In this document: piece by piece, positions 26,550-35,408 of the stretch
How the letters are laid out: each line of letters starts with the position of its first letter
Numbering within the stretch: the stretch's first letter is position 1
Source of the DNA: a virus
Lineage: Duplodnaviria; Caudoviricetes
Reading direction: 5' to 3' (one strand)
DNA: 64,000 nt
Virus record (IMG/VR): IMGVR_UViG_3300014205_000021
Span: 3,207 to 67,206 of that record
Made by a program: the position numbers and the translations under genes
Notes under the pieces: generated by a model
What the model saw: the letters and a program-made list of their open reading frames with translations, nothing else
Databases searched by the model: none
What the model was told of the DNA's origin: nothing

Positions 26550-27197
26550 TTAGCGGTAAACGCCCCAGAAGGTCTTCTGCGAAACCTCGACCGTCACGAC
26601 TTCGGCCTCGAGCGCGCCGCCCGCGCGCTTCTCAAATGTCTTATCGAGCATCGCGGCAATATTCAAACCATCGTCAATCCACGGCGCCGCATCGGTCGGC
26701 ACAAAACGCTTTTGCTCGTTTACGCAGAAGAACGCCCCGCCTTCCGCGAGCGACGCGCGGATGCGCCCGATATCTTCCGCCGGCTTCGCGCAATGCTGCA
26801 GCACCCAGACGCTCAGGGCTGCGTCGAAGCGCAGCCCCTGCTCGGCCACAAGATAGTCGAGCATCGGCGGCGCAACCACGGTGAACCTCGGGCTCTCGAC
26901 GTACTCGATCGCGAGCTTCTGCATCCCGAGGCTGATATCGCAGCCGATGACCCGGCAGCCCGTGCGCGTGATCAGCGCCTCGGCCATCCGGCCGATTCCG
27001 CACCCGTAGTCGAGGACGAGGCTTTCGGGTTTGAGGTCGAAGTGCTGGCCGAACAGGTCGACGAGATAGGGCGTCTCGAGCGCCCAGCGAACGTCCGTTC
27101 CTTGTGATCGGTTCGGCGTCAAAATGATGCCGGCCGCTTCCGCTCGGTTTCGAACGTCGAAAACGCGGGGTGAGAAGCGGCCGGCGACTTGCTGCAT
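26550..27197 (-). CDS. Class I SAM-dependent methyltransferase (small-molecule/sugar type, not a DNA MTase)
   Basis: VLDYGCGIGRMA, GCDIS, FDAALSVWVLQHC; ATG 27197. Confidence 0.85.
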   Translation of the reverse strand: MQQVAGRFSPRVFDVRNRAEAAGIILTPNRSQGTDVRWALETPYLVDLFGQHFDLKPESLVLDYGCGIGRMAEALITRTGCRVIGCDISLGMQKLAIEYVESPRFTVVAPPMLDYLVAEQGLRFDAALSVWVLQHCAKPAEDIGRIRASLAEGGAFFCVNEQKRFVPTDAAPWIDDGLNIAAMLDKTFEKRAGGALEAEVVTVEVSQKTFWGVYR

Positions 27198-27201
27198 CGG
27201 A

Positions 27202-27873
27202 TTAAGCGCCCGTGAGCTGATGCTGCCACGTGAAGTTGATCGAGTCGGACGTCGAGAGCGCGATGCCGTCGAAGTCCGCCTTATCGAACAAACTCCCGCC
27301 CTGCGCGGCCGCCATCGTGGCGGTCTGCTCGGACGTCGCGCCAGACCCCGCCGCGCCGCCGTCGGCGCCCGGAGTAAACGGCACGCCCGAGGCATGCACG
27401 GCCGAAGTCGAGCCGAGCCGCCCACGGGTGATCGTCAGCGTGGTCGAGGCCGCGCCGGCGACGAGCACCGTCTCGTTTTCGATCTGCGCATAGTAGTTGC
27501 CCGTCGTCGGCAACCCGGACGAGGAGCCGAGAGTCATCGCGACGGCCGACGCGGTAAGCGAGGCCGCGAGCGTGGTCGTGGGCGAGAGCGTCGTGGTGTC
27601 GAACAGCCCGGCCTCAGTGATCGTCTTATTGCCCGCAGCGACGATCGACCCGACCACCTGGTAGGTGTCCGCAAGAAACGACGTCGACATAAGCGTCGAA
27701 GTGCCGACCGTGCGGTTCTCGGATTCGGGCTTGAACAAATTGACGTTCGCGTTCGCCGAGCCGGTGACCGACGAGCTGCCCCAGCCGATATTCTTCGGCT
27801 CCGTGCCGTTGCCCTTCAGACGATTCCAGATGATGCCGCGGCCGGGGAAAGAACAGATTTGTGCGTGAGCCAT
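27202..27873 (-). CDS. Putative virion beta-sandwich protein
   Basis: IGWG...TITEAGLFD...FDGIALSTSDSINFTW, a pattern seen in phage fibre-associated proteins; Thr/Ser-rich insert. Confidence 0.55.
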   Translation of the reverse strand: MAHAQICSFPGRGIIWNRLKGNGTEPKNIGWGSSSVTGSANANVNLFKPESENRTVGTSTLMSTSFLADTYQVVGSIVAAGNKTITEAGLFDTTTLSPTTTLAASLTASAVAMTLGSSSGLPTTGNYYAQIENETVLVAGAASTTLTITRGRLGSTSAVHASGVPFTPGADGGAAGSGATSEQTATMAAAQGGSLFDKADFDGIALSTSDSINFTWQHQLTGA

Positions 27874-27935
27874 TTAGAACTCCCTCGAAGGGATGCCGGC
27901 GCCTCACGGCGGCGGAGTGGATCGATGGTTTGTAG

Positions 27936-29300
27936 TTACGCTGCGTTCAGAAACTCGTGTGCGCGCTGCGCCAGTGCCTGCTTTACCTCGTCGACGACCG
28001 GCTGCCAATCGCCCATGCGCTTTTGCCGGAAGAGCCGAACCGATGGATACCAAACAGAATCGCTCCGGTCACGCAGCCAAACCCAATATGGATCCTCGCA
28101 CAAAAGCACCCAGCAGGGCACGCCAAGCGCACCCGCGAGATGCGCCGTCACCGTGCAGGATGTAATCACGAGATCGAGCTTGGTCATCACCGCGCCGGTG
28201 CCGACAAGACCGCGGTTGCCGATACCCGGTACCATATCGTGCAGCAGCTCGGTCGCGCCGAGGCGCTGCAAATCCTTGTAGCCCTCGCCGAACTGCAAAT
28301 TGTAGAGCTGGACGTCCGGGTTTTCCTCGAGCCGAAGCAGCAGCTCGAGCGGAATGCTTCGCTCGGCGTTCCGTGCCATCACGGGGTTACCCGTCCAGCA
28401 GATGCCGACCTTGAGCGCCGGGCTGTAAGGCGTCGGCATGCCGTTCAGTAGCGAGGCCTCCTGCGAGACCCGGCCGAGGATCAGGCCGGGATCTGGCGGC
28501 ACGTTGTGCACCCGGGTGCCGCTCAGCCGCGGCAAGCTCATGAGCATCACCGCGTAGTCGACGTTTTCCGGAAAGGGCACGCCTTCTTCCATGAACTCGA
28601 CGATATGCCGGAAGCCCCAGAACAGATTCCGGACGCTCGGCAGATCACGGCTCGAGTCGAGGAAAAGGATGCGGCACGTCGGGTATTCGTTTTTCAGCCA
28701 GAACAGATAGCGGCTCGCGAGAATGCGATCGCCGACGCCCTGCTCGGCCTGCACGAAAATTGTCTTGCCCGCGAGGTTCTCGCCGTTCCACGTCGGGACG
28801 GGAAAGGTCGGGTAATACTCCGCGCGGTGTTTGATCCGGCTCTCGTACAGTTCGAAGCCCTCCTGCCACTCGCCGGCGGCCAGGAGCATCATCGACTCGT
28901 TCCACGGGTGCGCGAGTTCGTTCGGCTCGAGCTTCTTCGCTTTCGCGAATTCGTCGCGGGACAAATCCCAGCACCCCATCGAGGCGAGCAGCTGCGCGCG
29001 ATTCCCGTAGATCGCTGCGTATTGCGGGCGGAGCTGCTGCGCCCGGTCGAGCGCGTGCGCGGCGGATTGCCACTGACCGAGCAGCCAATAGACGCGGCCG
29101 AGGCCTGCCCATAGGAACCCGCTTTCCGGGCATTGCGCGACCGCGCGCAACATCGCGGTAAGCGCCGCGAGGAAGTGGCCGTGCCGGATCAGTTCGGCCG
29201 CGTGGTTGTTCAGAACTTCGGCCGGCAGCGTGAGCCTGAGCTCACGCAGCCGATCCCGATCTTTTTCCCTCTGGCGTAGCGTTTTGATATCCCTAGACAC
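27936..29300 (-). CDS. TPR-repeat plus GT9/GT-B glycosyltransferase
   Basis: N-terminal TPRs; WNGENLAGKTIFVQAEQGVGD; VGICWTGNP; DLVITSCTVTAHLAGALG; WYPSVRLFRQ. Confidence 0.88.
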   Translation of the reverse strand: MSRDIKTLRQREKDRDRLRELRLTLPAEVLNNHAAELIRHGHFLAALTAMLRAVAQCPESGFLWAGLGRVYWLLGQWQSAAHALDRAQQLRPQYAAIYGNRAQLLASMGCWDLSRDEFAKAKKLEPNELAHPWNESMMLLAAGEWQEGFELYESRIKHRAEYYPTFPVPTWNGENLAGKTIFVQAEQGVGDRILASRYLFWLKNEYPTCRILFLDSSRDLPSVRNLFWGFRHIVEFMEEGVPFPENVDYAVMLMSLPRLSGTRVHNVPPDPGLILGRVSQEASLLNGMPTPYSPALKVGICWTGNPVMARNAERSIPLELLLRLEENPDVQLYNLQFGEGYKDLQRLGATELLHDMVPGIGNRGLVGTGAVMTKLDLVITSCTVTAHLAGALGVPCWVLLCEDPYWVWLRDRSDSVWYPSVRLFRQKRMGDWQPVVDEVKQALAQRAHEFLNAA

Positions 29301-29311
29301 CGTCGGCTCCT

Positions 29312-29578
29312 TTACTCGGCCGACTGGTTGTCATCGACCTCGAGCAGAACCGTAACCTTCGTGTCCTGCTTGAGCGCCTCTTGCGCGGGAACGAGTTCGT
29401 CGCCGGCGAAGCGCAGCGTCAGGGTGCCGTGGCGTTCTTTCACGGTCGTGAGTTCGACCTCGTAACACGGCACCGTCGCCATCGTCGGCTGTTCGCCTTC
29501 CTCGACCTGCACGGGCTTCGAGAACGAGGCCATCGAGGCGCTCGCGACCACGCAGGCGATCGGTTTCAACTGTTTCAC
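29312..29578 (-). CDS. Hypothetical protein
   Basis: GTG 29578 overlapping the upstream stop. Confidence 0.5.
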   Translation of the reverse strand: MKQLKPIACVVASASMASFSKPVQVEEGEQPTMATVPCYEVELTTVKERHGTLTLRFAGDELVPAQEALKQDTKVTVLLEVDDNQSAE

Positions 29579-29919
29579 TGGTTTGCTCCGCTGCTGGTGA
29601 AAAAGCGGCCGAGTGAGCCGACCGCGGCTTTGAGCGAATCCTTGATCGTTCGCCCGAACTTGATTGTACGCTGCCACACGACGCCGTGCGGCTCCATCGT
29701 CTCGCGCTCGGCGCCGCAGTTCGGGCAAACCGGCCCCACGGGATCCTCGCCGAGTTTTGTTACACGCTCGGGCGCGTAGCACCCGACGTTCACGCCAGGC
29801 GTATTGTGCCAGAACCCCGGAGCGCCGCACTTCCCGCATGCGCGGATCACGTTGACGACGAGACGGCTCTTGATGCCGCCGGCCACGACGTCGACTTGCG
29901 TTCTCGGCTGATTGGTCAT
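29575..29919 (-). CDS. Zinc-ribbon protein
   Basis: CGKCG ... CPNCG pairs. Confidence 0.55.
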   Translation of the reverse strand: MTNQPRTQVDVVAGGIKSRLVVNVIRACGKCGAPGFWHNTPGVNVGCYAPERVTKLGEDPVGPVCPNCGAERETMEPHGVVWQRTIKFGRTIKDSLKAAVGSLGRFFTSSGANQ

Positions 29920-29943
29920 TCGGGCTCCCCGGGCACCGGCCCG

Positions 29944-30207
29944 CTATAGCCCACGCGCGCTCGTCGGCACAAGTTCCGGATGGACGGCCGTCCACCGCTC
30001 CTTCCACTGGCCGCTGGCAATAAGCGCCTTCCGGCCGTTCTCGATCACGTGCCACACGTTGTTGTTGTTCGTGCGCATCGCGCGCCAGAAGCTCGCGGAT
30101 AGCTCGAGCGGATCCTCGCGGGTAAGCCAGTTCATGTCGATCAGCACCGCCATCCCGACGGCGCCGAAGTTGTCGACGTCATCCGGGTGCAGTTTGCGGA
30201 AGGCCAT
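29944..30207 (-). CDS. Hypothetical protein
   Basis: Coupled to the upstream ORF; protein-like composition. Confidence 0.55.
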   Translation of the reverse strand: MAFRKLHPDDVDNFGAVGMAVLIDMNWLTREDPLELSASFWRAMRTNNNNVWHVIENGRKALIASGQWKERWTAVHPELVPTSARGL

Positions 30208-30443
30208 TAGGCCGCCTCGCCTGGCCGGCGCTTCTTCGCTTCTCGGCAGAACGGAATGCGCGGGGGCTTTCCCTCACGGCGGAGCGCCCGATCCTGCTCG
30301 CGGGAAAGCATCTCTTTCACGATGGATTTTGCGCGGAGGAGCTGCATCATCCGCTCTTGCGAGAGCGCCTCTCCGCAAAGCTCGCAGCGCCAGCCCTTGC
30401 CGTCGAGCTTGTCCTCATAGGTCTCAAGGTGACGGCAGATCAT
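30207..30443 (-). CDS. Small Cys/His-containing hypothetical protein
   Basis: ICRH...CELCG. Confidence 0.5.
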   Translation of the reverse strand: MICRHLETYEDKLDGKGWRCELCGEALSQERMMQLLRAKSIVKEMLSREQDRALRREGKPPRIPFCREAKKRRPGEAA

Positions 30444-30445
30444 GT

Positions 30446-30635
30446 TCAGATGCTCACGAGGATGTAACCCGTGCCCTTACAGTCGGCGCACGCGAGCGGG
30501 CCGTCAAGACTCTCCGGTTCGGGATGGAAGCGCGTCCAGTCTCCGGTGCCTTCGCACTCCGGGCAGGCCGTCCGCCCGGCACCACAGCCTATCCGTCTCG
30601 CGCGAGAAGCCGAGGAAGAGCGTCATCCGGCTCAC
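30446..30635 (-). pseudogene. DnaJ-type CxxCxGxG zinc-finger gene with a +1 frameshift
   Basis: GTG overlaps the ASCH stop; MSRMTLFLGFSRET then shifted frame IGCGAGRTACPECEGTG...CADCKGTGYILVSI*; span is 190 nt = 3n+1. Confidence 0.65.
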
Positions 30636-31030
30636 GAATTCGCCGCCACGACCGCATCCGGCACTTCGAACAGGCCCTGCGCCCCCTTCCACGGGATCGC
30701 GCGACCGAAAAGCCGGGGTTTGCGGAGCAGCCAGTGATGATGGCGGTCGAACGCCCAACGACTCGGCGAGTTCTCGACAACGTCGTAAATCTCGACCGTG
30801 CCGAGCAGCGCCCCGCGCGCCAGATCATCAAAGCTGATGTTCTCGAGAAGCGCCGGCGCGATGCGCCGCACGGTCTCGCGGTAACGATCAAGGTTGTCCA
30901 TCTTCGCGGACGCGTGGATCAACACCCGCCCGCGATAGCTCGTGCGCCACGTTCGATTCTCGACGTCTTTCGCATTAGCCGGCAGAAAGACCGAGAACGC
31001 CCACGGCTGCCGGATTGAGACAGCCTTCAT
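30632..31030 (-). CDS. ASCH-domain protein
   Basis: MKAVSIRQPWA...KDVENRTW...YRGRVLIHAS...GAQGLF. Confidence 0.9.
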   Translation of the reverse strand: MKAVSIRQPWAFSVFLPANAKDVENRTWRTSYRGRVLIHASAKMDNLDRYRETVRRIAPALLENISFDDLARGALLGTVEIYDVVENSPSRWAFDRHHHWLLRKPRLFGRAIPWKGAQGLFEVPDAVVAANS

Positions 31031-32103
31031 CGGTTTTGCTCTGGCTTTCCGATTGCGTCCAGCGCTTCCTTGGCGGTGACGACCCGGCCATCGATCGTCG
31101 CGTGCGTGCCCTCGAGGCTGAACGAGATGAAGATTTCGCCGCGCTTCGGCTTCGGAGCCTCGACGGGTTCCGGCCCGAGCATTTCCTCTTTCGTCAGCAT
31201 TCCGGGCAGTGGCCACCAGTATTTCGGTGACAAGACCCTCCGATGATCATTGCACGAGACCCACGCTTTAAGGCCTGTGTTGTAGTGCGCGACCTCGTAC
31301 CCGCCGAAGCCGTAGACGATAACTGCGGTATCGAGCGGCGCTTCGCTGATCGGGCGCTTCGCATAGCGCATCTCCGCGTAGCTTTCGAGAAGGCCGCCGA
31401 TCTGGCTCTGGCGCTCGCCATCGTCCGCGCCCGTGAGTTCGTAAAGCTGATCGAGAATCTTTCCGATTTCGATCTTGCCTTCCCAGCCCTCGGGCATCTT
31501 CGGCTTGCCGCCGTCGGGCGCGAAGTGCTTGAAGCGTTCGGGTACACCCTGCGCCGGGGCGGGTGGAACGGCTTCGCGCTTTTCGTATTCTTCGCGCGCT
31601 CGGATCCCGCCGGGAAGCAGTCGGCGGTTCACTAAGTCTGAAAGCGATCCCGGTTGCTGATCTCCTTCCATAACTCTCTCGGCCAGTCCTTCAAAAACGG
31701 CAGCCTCGAAACATTCGGCGATGAACTTGAACGCCTCGGTGGCCGCGTCAGGCTCCGGTGTGCGGGCGGGGAGAAGGGCGAGGATGGCGTCGGCATCGTC
31801 GAAACAAATCGAGCGCAGAGTCCCGGCGTCGCTCTCTAATTCAGCTTCCTCGGCTTCTTCCCACGAGTAAGGCGGCGTTCGCTGCTCGAATAACTTTCGC
31901 GCAAACGCCTCCCGCAAATCACCATCAACCGGCGCGCTGGCGAGGACATACCGGAGGAGCAGCGCATCGATCTCCTCGGTGCTGTAAACGCCGTTCGCAC
32001 AGAGTTCGAGCAGCTCTTCGCGGATAGCTTCTCGCGGATTCGCGAGCTGCTCACCTTCTTGTTTCATCGCCTGCCGATAGGCGTCGTCTGCTCCGTCGCT
32101 CAT
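31027..32103 (-). CDS. Mosaic hypothetical protein (DUF551-like segment near the C-terminus)
   Basis: ATG 32103; RPISEAPLD...WWPLP. Confidence 0.55.
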   Translation of the reverse strand: MSDGADDAYRQAMKQEGEQLANPREAIREELLELCANGVYSTEEIDALLLRYVLASAPVDGDLREAFARKLFEQRTPPYSWEEAEEAELESDAGTLRSICFDDADAILALLPARTPEPDAATEAFKFIAECFEAAVFEGLAERVMEGDQQPGSLSDLVNRRLLPGGIRAREEYEKREAVPPAPAQGVPERFKHFAPDGGKPKMPEGWEGKIEIGKILDQLYELTGADDGERQSQIGGLLESYAEMRYAKRPISEAPLDTAVIVYGFGGYEVAHYNTGLKAWVSCNDHRRVLSPKYWWPLPGMLTKEEMLGPEPVEAPKPKRGEIFISFSLEGTHATIDGRVVTAKEALDAIGKPEQNR

Positions 32104-32489
32104 GGGTTGATCCCCCGGCGCGCGAACTCTTTTGTGATTTCGTTCGCGATGGCGTGCGAATTCTCCGCACCCTCGTGCGTCTGCACGGATCGGCTTGCGC
32201 TTTCGATCAGCGCCGCCCGCGCGCGCACGAGCAGCTTCGCCAACGTGAAGCCCTCGACCGCCGTGACCCGGTCGCGGCGAAAGTTCGGATCGTCGTCGGG
32301 GTAGACCTCTTCGAGGTACACAAGCGCGGTCAGCGCGTCGGGAAAGTGCAGGCACACTTCCGGATTGCCGCCGCCCGGGCCCTGCGCTTGCCAGCCCGCA
32401 ATCTCGGCCTTGTGGCGGTGAAGCCGCAGGAGGAAGTCCTGCAGCGGCTGGTCGTAGGGAATGTCGAGGATTACTTGCGCTTTGCTCAT
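32100..32489 (-). CDS. Hypothetical protein
   Basis: Tandem AACCGATG leader; coupled overlaps. Confidence 0.6.
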   Translation of the reverse strand: MSKAQVILDIPYDQPLQDFLLRLHRHKAEIAGWQAQGPGGGNPEVCLHFPDALTALVYLEEVYPDDDPNFRRDRVTAVEGFTLAKLLVRARAALIESASRSVQTHEGAENSHAIANEITKEFARRGINP

Positions 32490-32707
32490 CGGTTCTCTCC
32501 ATCGGTTGCTTTACGCTTCGCGAGAAATTCGTCGATTAGTCGGCGGTCGCTTTCGCCTATAACTTTAGCCGGGACGCTGAACGCCCCGGCCTGAACTACT
32601 CGCTGCGTCGGCACGTTGCCATTCAATTCCGGGCGTGCCAACGCCCTTAATCTGGCTTCCTGCCGGGCGAGCGCCATCTTGCGCTCCTTCTCCCACCGGT
32701 GGCTCAT
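32486..32707 (-). CDS. Hypothetical protein
   Basis: Coupled ORF. Confidence 0.45.
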   Translation of the reverse strand: MSHRWEKERKMALARQEARLRALARPELNGNVPTQRVVQAGAFSVPAKVIGESDRRLIDEFLAKRKATDGENR

Positions 32708-32737
32708 TCAACGGCTCCTGATTGCCCGGAATCTGGC

Positions 32738-33085
32738 CTAACCTTCGGCCGGCGGCTTCAAATACTTTCCCCACCCGGGCACCGCATTCTTCAGCTCGTC
32801 GACCTGCGATGCTCGCTCGATCTTCTCAGCGGTGTCCATCGCGTTCAGCCAGGTGTCAATCATATCCGTCGGCGCGGGGTATTCGCCGCTATACTCATAG
32901 ACCCGCCCGGCATGCATCACGAGAAAGCCGTGCAGCATCGCGGATAAAAACTCCTCCGGCCTATTGTTGATGGCCTCGAATTGCTTGTCCTCGCGAAACC
33001 GAACAAAAACATCGATCAGCGCGTCATGAAAGCCCTGCGAGAGCCTTACCCATTCGGCAAATTCCCTATCGTCCTGCTCGGACAT
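32738..33085 (-). CDS. Hypothetical protein
   Basis: AAGGA RBS; helical, acidic sequence. Confidence 0.6.
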   Translation of the reverse strand: MSEQDDREFAEWVRLSQGFHDALIDVFVRFREDKQFEAINNRPEEFLSAMLHGFLVMHAGRVYEYSGEYPAPTDMIDTWLNAMDTAEKIERASQVDELKNAVPGWGKYLKPPAEG

Positions 33086-33089
33086 TCCT

Positions 33090-33773
33090 TCAACTCCACA
33101 AGCCGGTTGATACCGTGTCGACTAGGCGCGTGCCCGTTTCGTCCGCATAGGCTGGCTGATCGAGCGAAAGCAGCAGGCCGCCGCCGGGCATGAACTTCGA
33201 GAACGTTCGATTGTGCGCCGTCACGAATTCGGATACGCGCGCGGCCGCTTCCCGCAGGGGCAGCCGCCCTTCCGCGATCGCGAGAAACATCTCGGAACGC
33301 ACGTCGTCGCGCAAATGGTCGGGCAAGCCTTCGGTCGCGCGACGGATCGCCTCATAGCCGCGCTCGCTTACGCGCGCGACTCGGGGGCGCTGCAGCCAGC
33401 GGGCCTTGTGCTGCGCGACGCGGTTCTCCTCCGCGAGCTTTCGGATCAGCCGCCCGGCCGGCGCATTGGTTTGCATCAAGCGCCTCAAGCTATTGCCGTT
33501 CACGATCGCGGTCGCGACCTTTTGGTAATTGCTCCCGCCGGCGTGCACTAAACCGGTCGTGATCACCGAAAGCGTCTTGCCCTCGCGGAGCGCGGAAAAG
33601 ACCGCGCGCAGCTTCTGCTCGGACGGAAGCGCCCGGCATTCCTTGTCGTGCCTTCGTGCGTGCATCCTTCGGCAGGTCTTGCACTGCCGCTCGCCGCGGT
33701 ATCGGTAGAGGTTCTCGCCCGAGAGCGGATGGCCTCGCTTGCAATGCGTCTTTGCCGCCTGCCAGCCCTTCAT
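33090..33773 (-). CDS. KTHC-type zinc finger fused to a sigma-factor-like C-terminal region
   Basis: KTHCKRGHPLSGENL...CKTC; DDVRSEMFLAI; LSLDQPAYADETGTRLVDTV. Confidence 0.55.
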   Translation of the reverse strand: MKGWQAAKTHCKRGHPLSGENLYRYRGERQCKTCRRMHARRHDKECRALPSEQKLRAVFSALREGKTLSVITTGLVHAGGSNYQKVATAIVNGNSLRRLMQTNAPAGRLIRKLAEENRVAQHKARWLQRPRVARVSERGYEAIRRATEGLPDHLRDDVRSEMFLAIAEGRLPLREAAARVSEFVTAHNRTFSKFMPGGGLLLSLDQPAYADETGTRLVDTVSTGLWS

Positions 33774-34024
33774 GCAGCGCGCTCCGATGGCATCGGCGTG
33801 GCGCGGAACGTCTGGACTTTCTCGGTGAGCCAGTAAAGCGCCCCGCCCTTCCGCGCGTACCCGGTGCGCTCGAGCGTCATGAGCGAGCGCCGCACGGTCG
33901 CGCGCGGGAGTCCGGTGACGCTGGCAATCGTCGTGATCGTGAGCGGCACGCCGGTATTCGACATAACGCGTAAAACATCGAGCCCTCTCTCGAGGGCCGT
34001 CACGTGGTCGGGGTGAGTCTTCAT
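33770..34024 (-). CDS. Stand-alone IclR-type (PcaR/PobR-like) HTH domain
   Basis: VTALERGLDVL...LTITTIASVTGLPRATVRRSLMTLERTGY; 84 aa, no effector domain. Confidence 0.8.
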   Translation of the reverse strand: MKTHPDHVTALERGLDVLRVMSNTGVPLTITTIASVTGLPRATVRRSLMTLERTGYARKGGALYWLTEKVQTFRATPMPSERAA

Positions 34025-34049
34025 CGGTTCTTCCCTCACAAAGTTTACC

Positions 34050-34298
34050 TTACAAAGTAACCTTCCGGTGCACCCGCCGACCCGCTTTCGCGGGATCCGG
34101 TCGGCGACCGCCCCGAAGGCAACCACAGCTCAGTTTTGCTCCGCTTTTCAACGCATCCGCACGCGCTTCCGTGCTGCCGCCGCAGTCGCAGCGGCAAAGC
34201 CAGAACATCGAGCGGTTGCCGTTGTGACGCCGGCTCAACGGATCAATCACCGTCAGCTTGCCGAAGCGTTGTCCCGTCAGGTCGATAAACGGTCTCAT
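34050..34298 (-). CDS. Isolated N-terminal domain of an HNH/AP2-type homing endonuclease (remnant)
   Basis: DLTGQRFGKLTVI...WLCRCDCG...SCGCL with no nuclease domain. Confidence 0.7.
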   Translation of the reverse strand: MRPFIDLTGQRFGKLTVIDPLSRRHNGNRSMFWLCRCDCGGSTEARADALKSGAKLSCGCLRGGRRPDPAKAGRRVHRKVTL

Positions 34299-34510
34299 CG
34301 CTTCGCCCCGCCAGCCTTCTCGTTCAGTTCCTCGAGCGCGGCGTCGAGGAAGGCGTTCGCGAACATGAGGCCGAGCAGCGCGAGGGACTCGAGCGGCGAG
34401 TGCGCCTTCGCGATACCGTCGCCGCCTGGCCGAGAGTGGTTAGCGATTGCTTCTTTCGTGAACTTGCTGAGCCCTTCCACGTAGGGACGGCTTTGCATCG
34501 GGTCGCGCAT
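34295..34510 (-). CDS. Hypothetical protein
   Basis: GAGGAG RBS, ATG 34510. Confidence 0.5.
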   Translation of the reverse strand: MRDPMQSRPYVEGLSKFTKEAIANHSRPGGDGIAKAHSPLESLALLGLMFANAFLDAALEELNEKAGGAKR

Positions 34511-34670
34511 TGGCTTTCTCCTCTTTGTAGGGCGGAAGCGCCGCCCACTCGCGTTCAGACAAAACAAAAGGCACGCAGCCAGGCCGGCGCACCATCACGT
34601 AACCCCGCGCTCGGGCAAGCAGCACGATCTTGCCGCCGCAGTAGTTCTTCCCTTCGCTCGACCCGCTCAC
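34440..34670 (-). CDS. Hypothetical protein
   Basis: GTG overlapping the upstream stop; GYVMVRRPGCVPF. Confidence 0.45.
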   Translation of the reverse strand: MSGSSEGKNYCGGKIVLLARARGYVMVRRPGCVPFVLSEREWAALPPYKEEKANARPDAKPSLRGRAQQVHERSNR

Positions 34671-34765
34671 CAGCCGACACGCTTCACGAAATACCAAGCG
34701 ATGAAGCCGGCCAGCAGCAAGGCGAACAGGGTGGTTTGCAAATCGTAATTGCTTAGGTCGATCAC
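34667..34765 (-). CDS. Tiny single-TM membrane protein (32 aa)
   Basis: MIDLSNYDLQTTLFALLLAGFIAWYFVKRVGW; GTG start coupled to the upstream stop. Confidence 0.5.
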   Translation of the reverse strand: MIDLSNYDLQTTLFALLLAGFIAWYFVKRVGW

Positions 34766-35031
34766 GGCATCCTCCGGAGTTCGAGCGTCGCGGCACAGAA
34801 CGGGCATTCGCAGCCGGTCATGAAGCCGTGATACGCCTCGCGCACCGGCTCGGCGTCGAGCAGCTCCTGCAGCACCGCGCGGAGCGTCCGGCCGTTCTCG
34901 CGCTCGATCGCCTTCTCGAGGGCCTCGCGGGGCACCGGGTAGCACTCGACGTGAAAGCGGCCGTGCGCGACTTGGAAGCTCTGCGTCGTTCCGGTGATCA
35001 GCCGACGGCAGGCGAAGCAGACCATGCTCAT
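34762..35031 (-). CDS. Cys/His zinc-binding hypothetical protein
   Basis: CFAC...HVEC ... CECPFC. Confidence 0.5.
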   Translation of the reverse strand: MSMVCFACRRLITGTTQSFQVAHGRFHVECYPVPREALEKAIERENGRTLRAVLQELLDAEPVREAYHGFMTGCECPFCAATLELRRMP

Positions 35032-35408
35032 AGCCACCCCTTTACCCGCGCGTGGATCGTAATCGCGTTCATCACGTTGTGGACGCGCTGCGCGAAGTCG
35101 TCCGGTTTCGCCGGGTCGTATTGCGACCCGGCTTGAAACGAGAACTGCCCGACGTCGATGCGCACGCGCGCCATAGGCACGCCCTCATCCCCAACGGCAG
35201 GCCAAGCCGTCCACTTCGGCACGGGCTTCGGTGGGCTCTTGCCGGACTTCGCGTCGAGCGGATCGATCATATCTTCGAGATACCGCGCGATCTTCGAGTC
35301 CAGATCGGCGTCGACCTTCGAATAGGTCATATGTTCAAGCTGCATCGTGGCCTGATCGAAGTCAGCAATGCGGCGCCGCACCCGGGCGAGCAATTCCTGC
35401 GCGGTCAC
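35028..35408 (-). CDS. Hypothetical protein
   Basis: Coupled ORF. Confidence 0.55.
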   Translation of the reverse strand: MTAQELLARVRRRIADFDQATMQLEHMTYSKVDADLDSKIARYLEDMIDPLDAKSGKSPPKPVPKWTAWPAVGDEGVPMARVRIDVGQFSFQAGSQYDPAKPDDFAQRVHNVMNAITIHARVKGWL

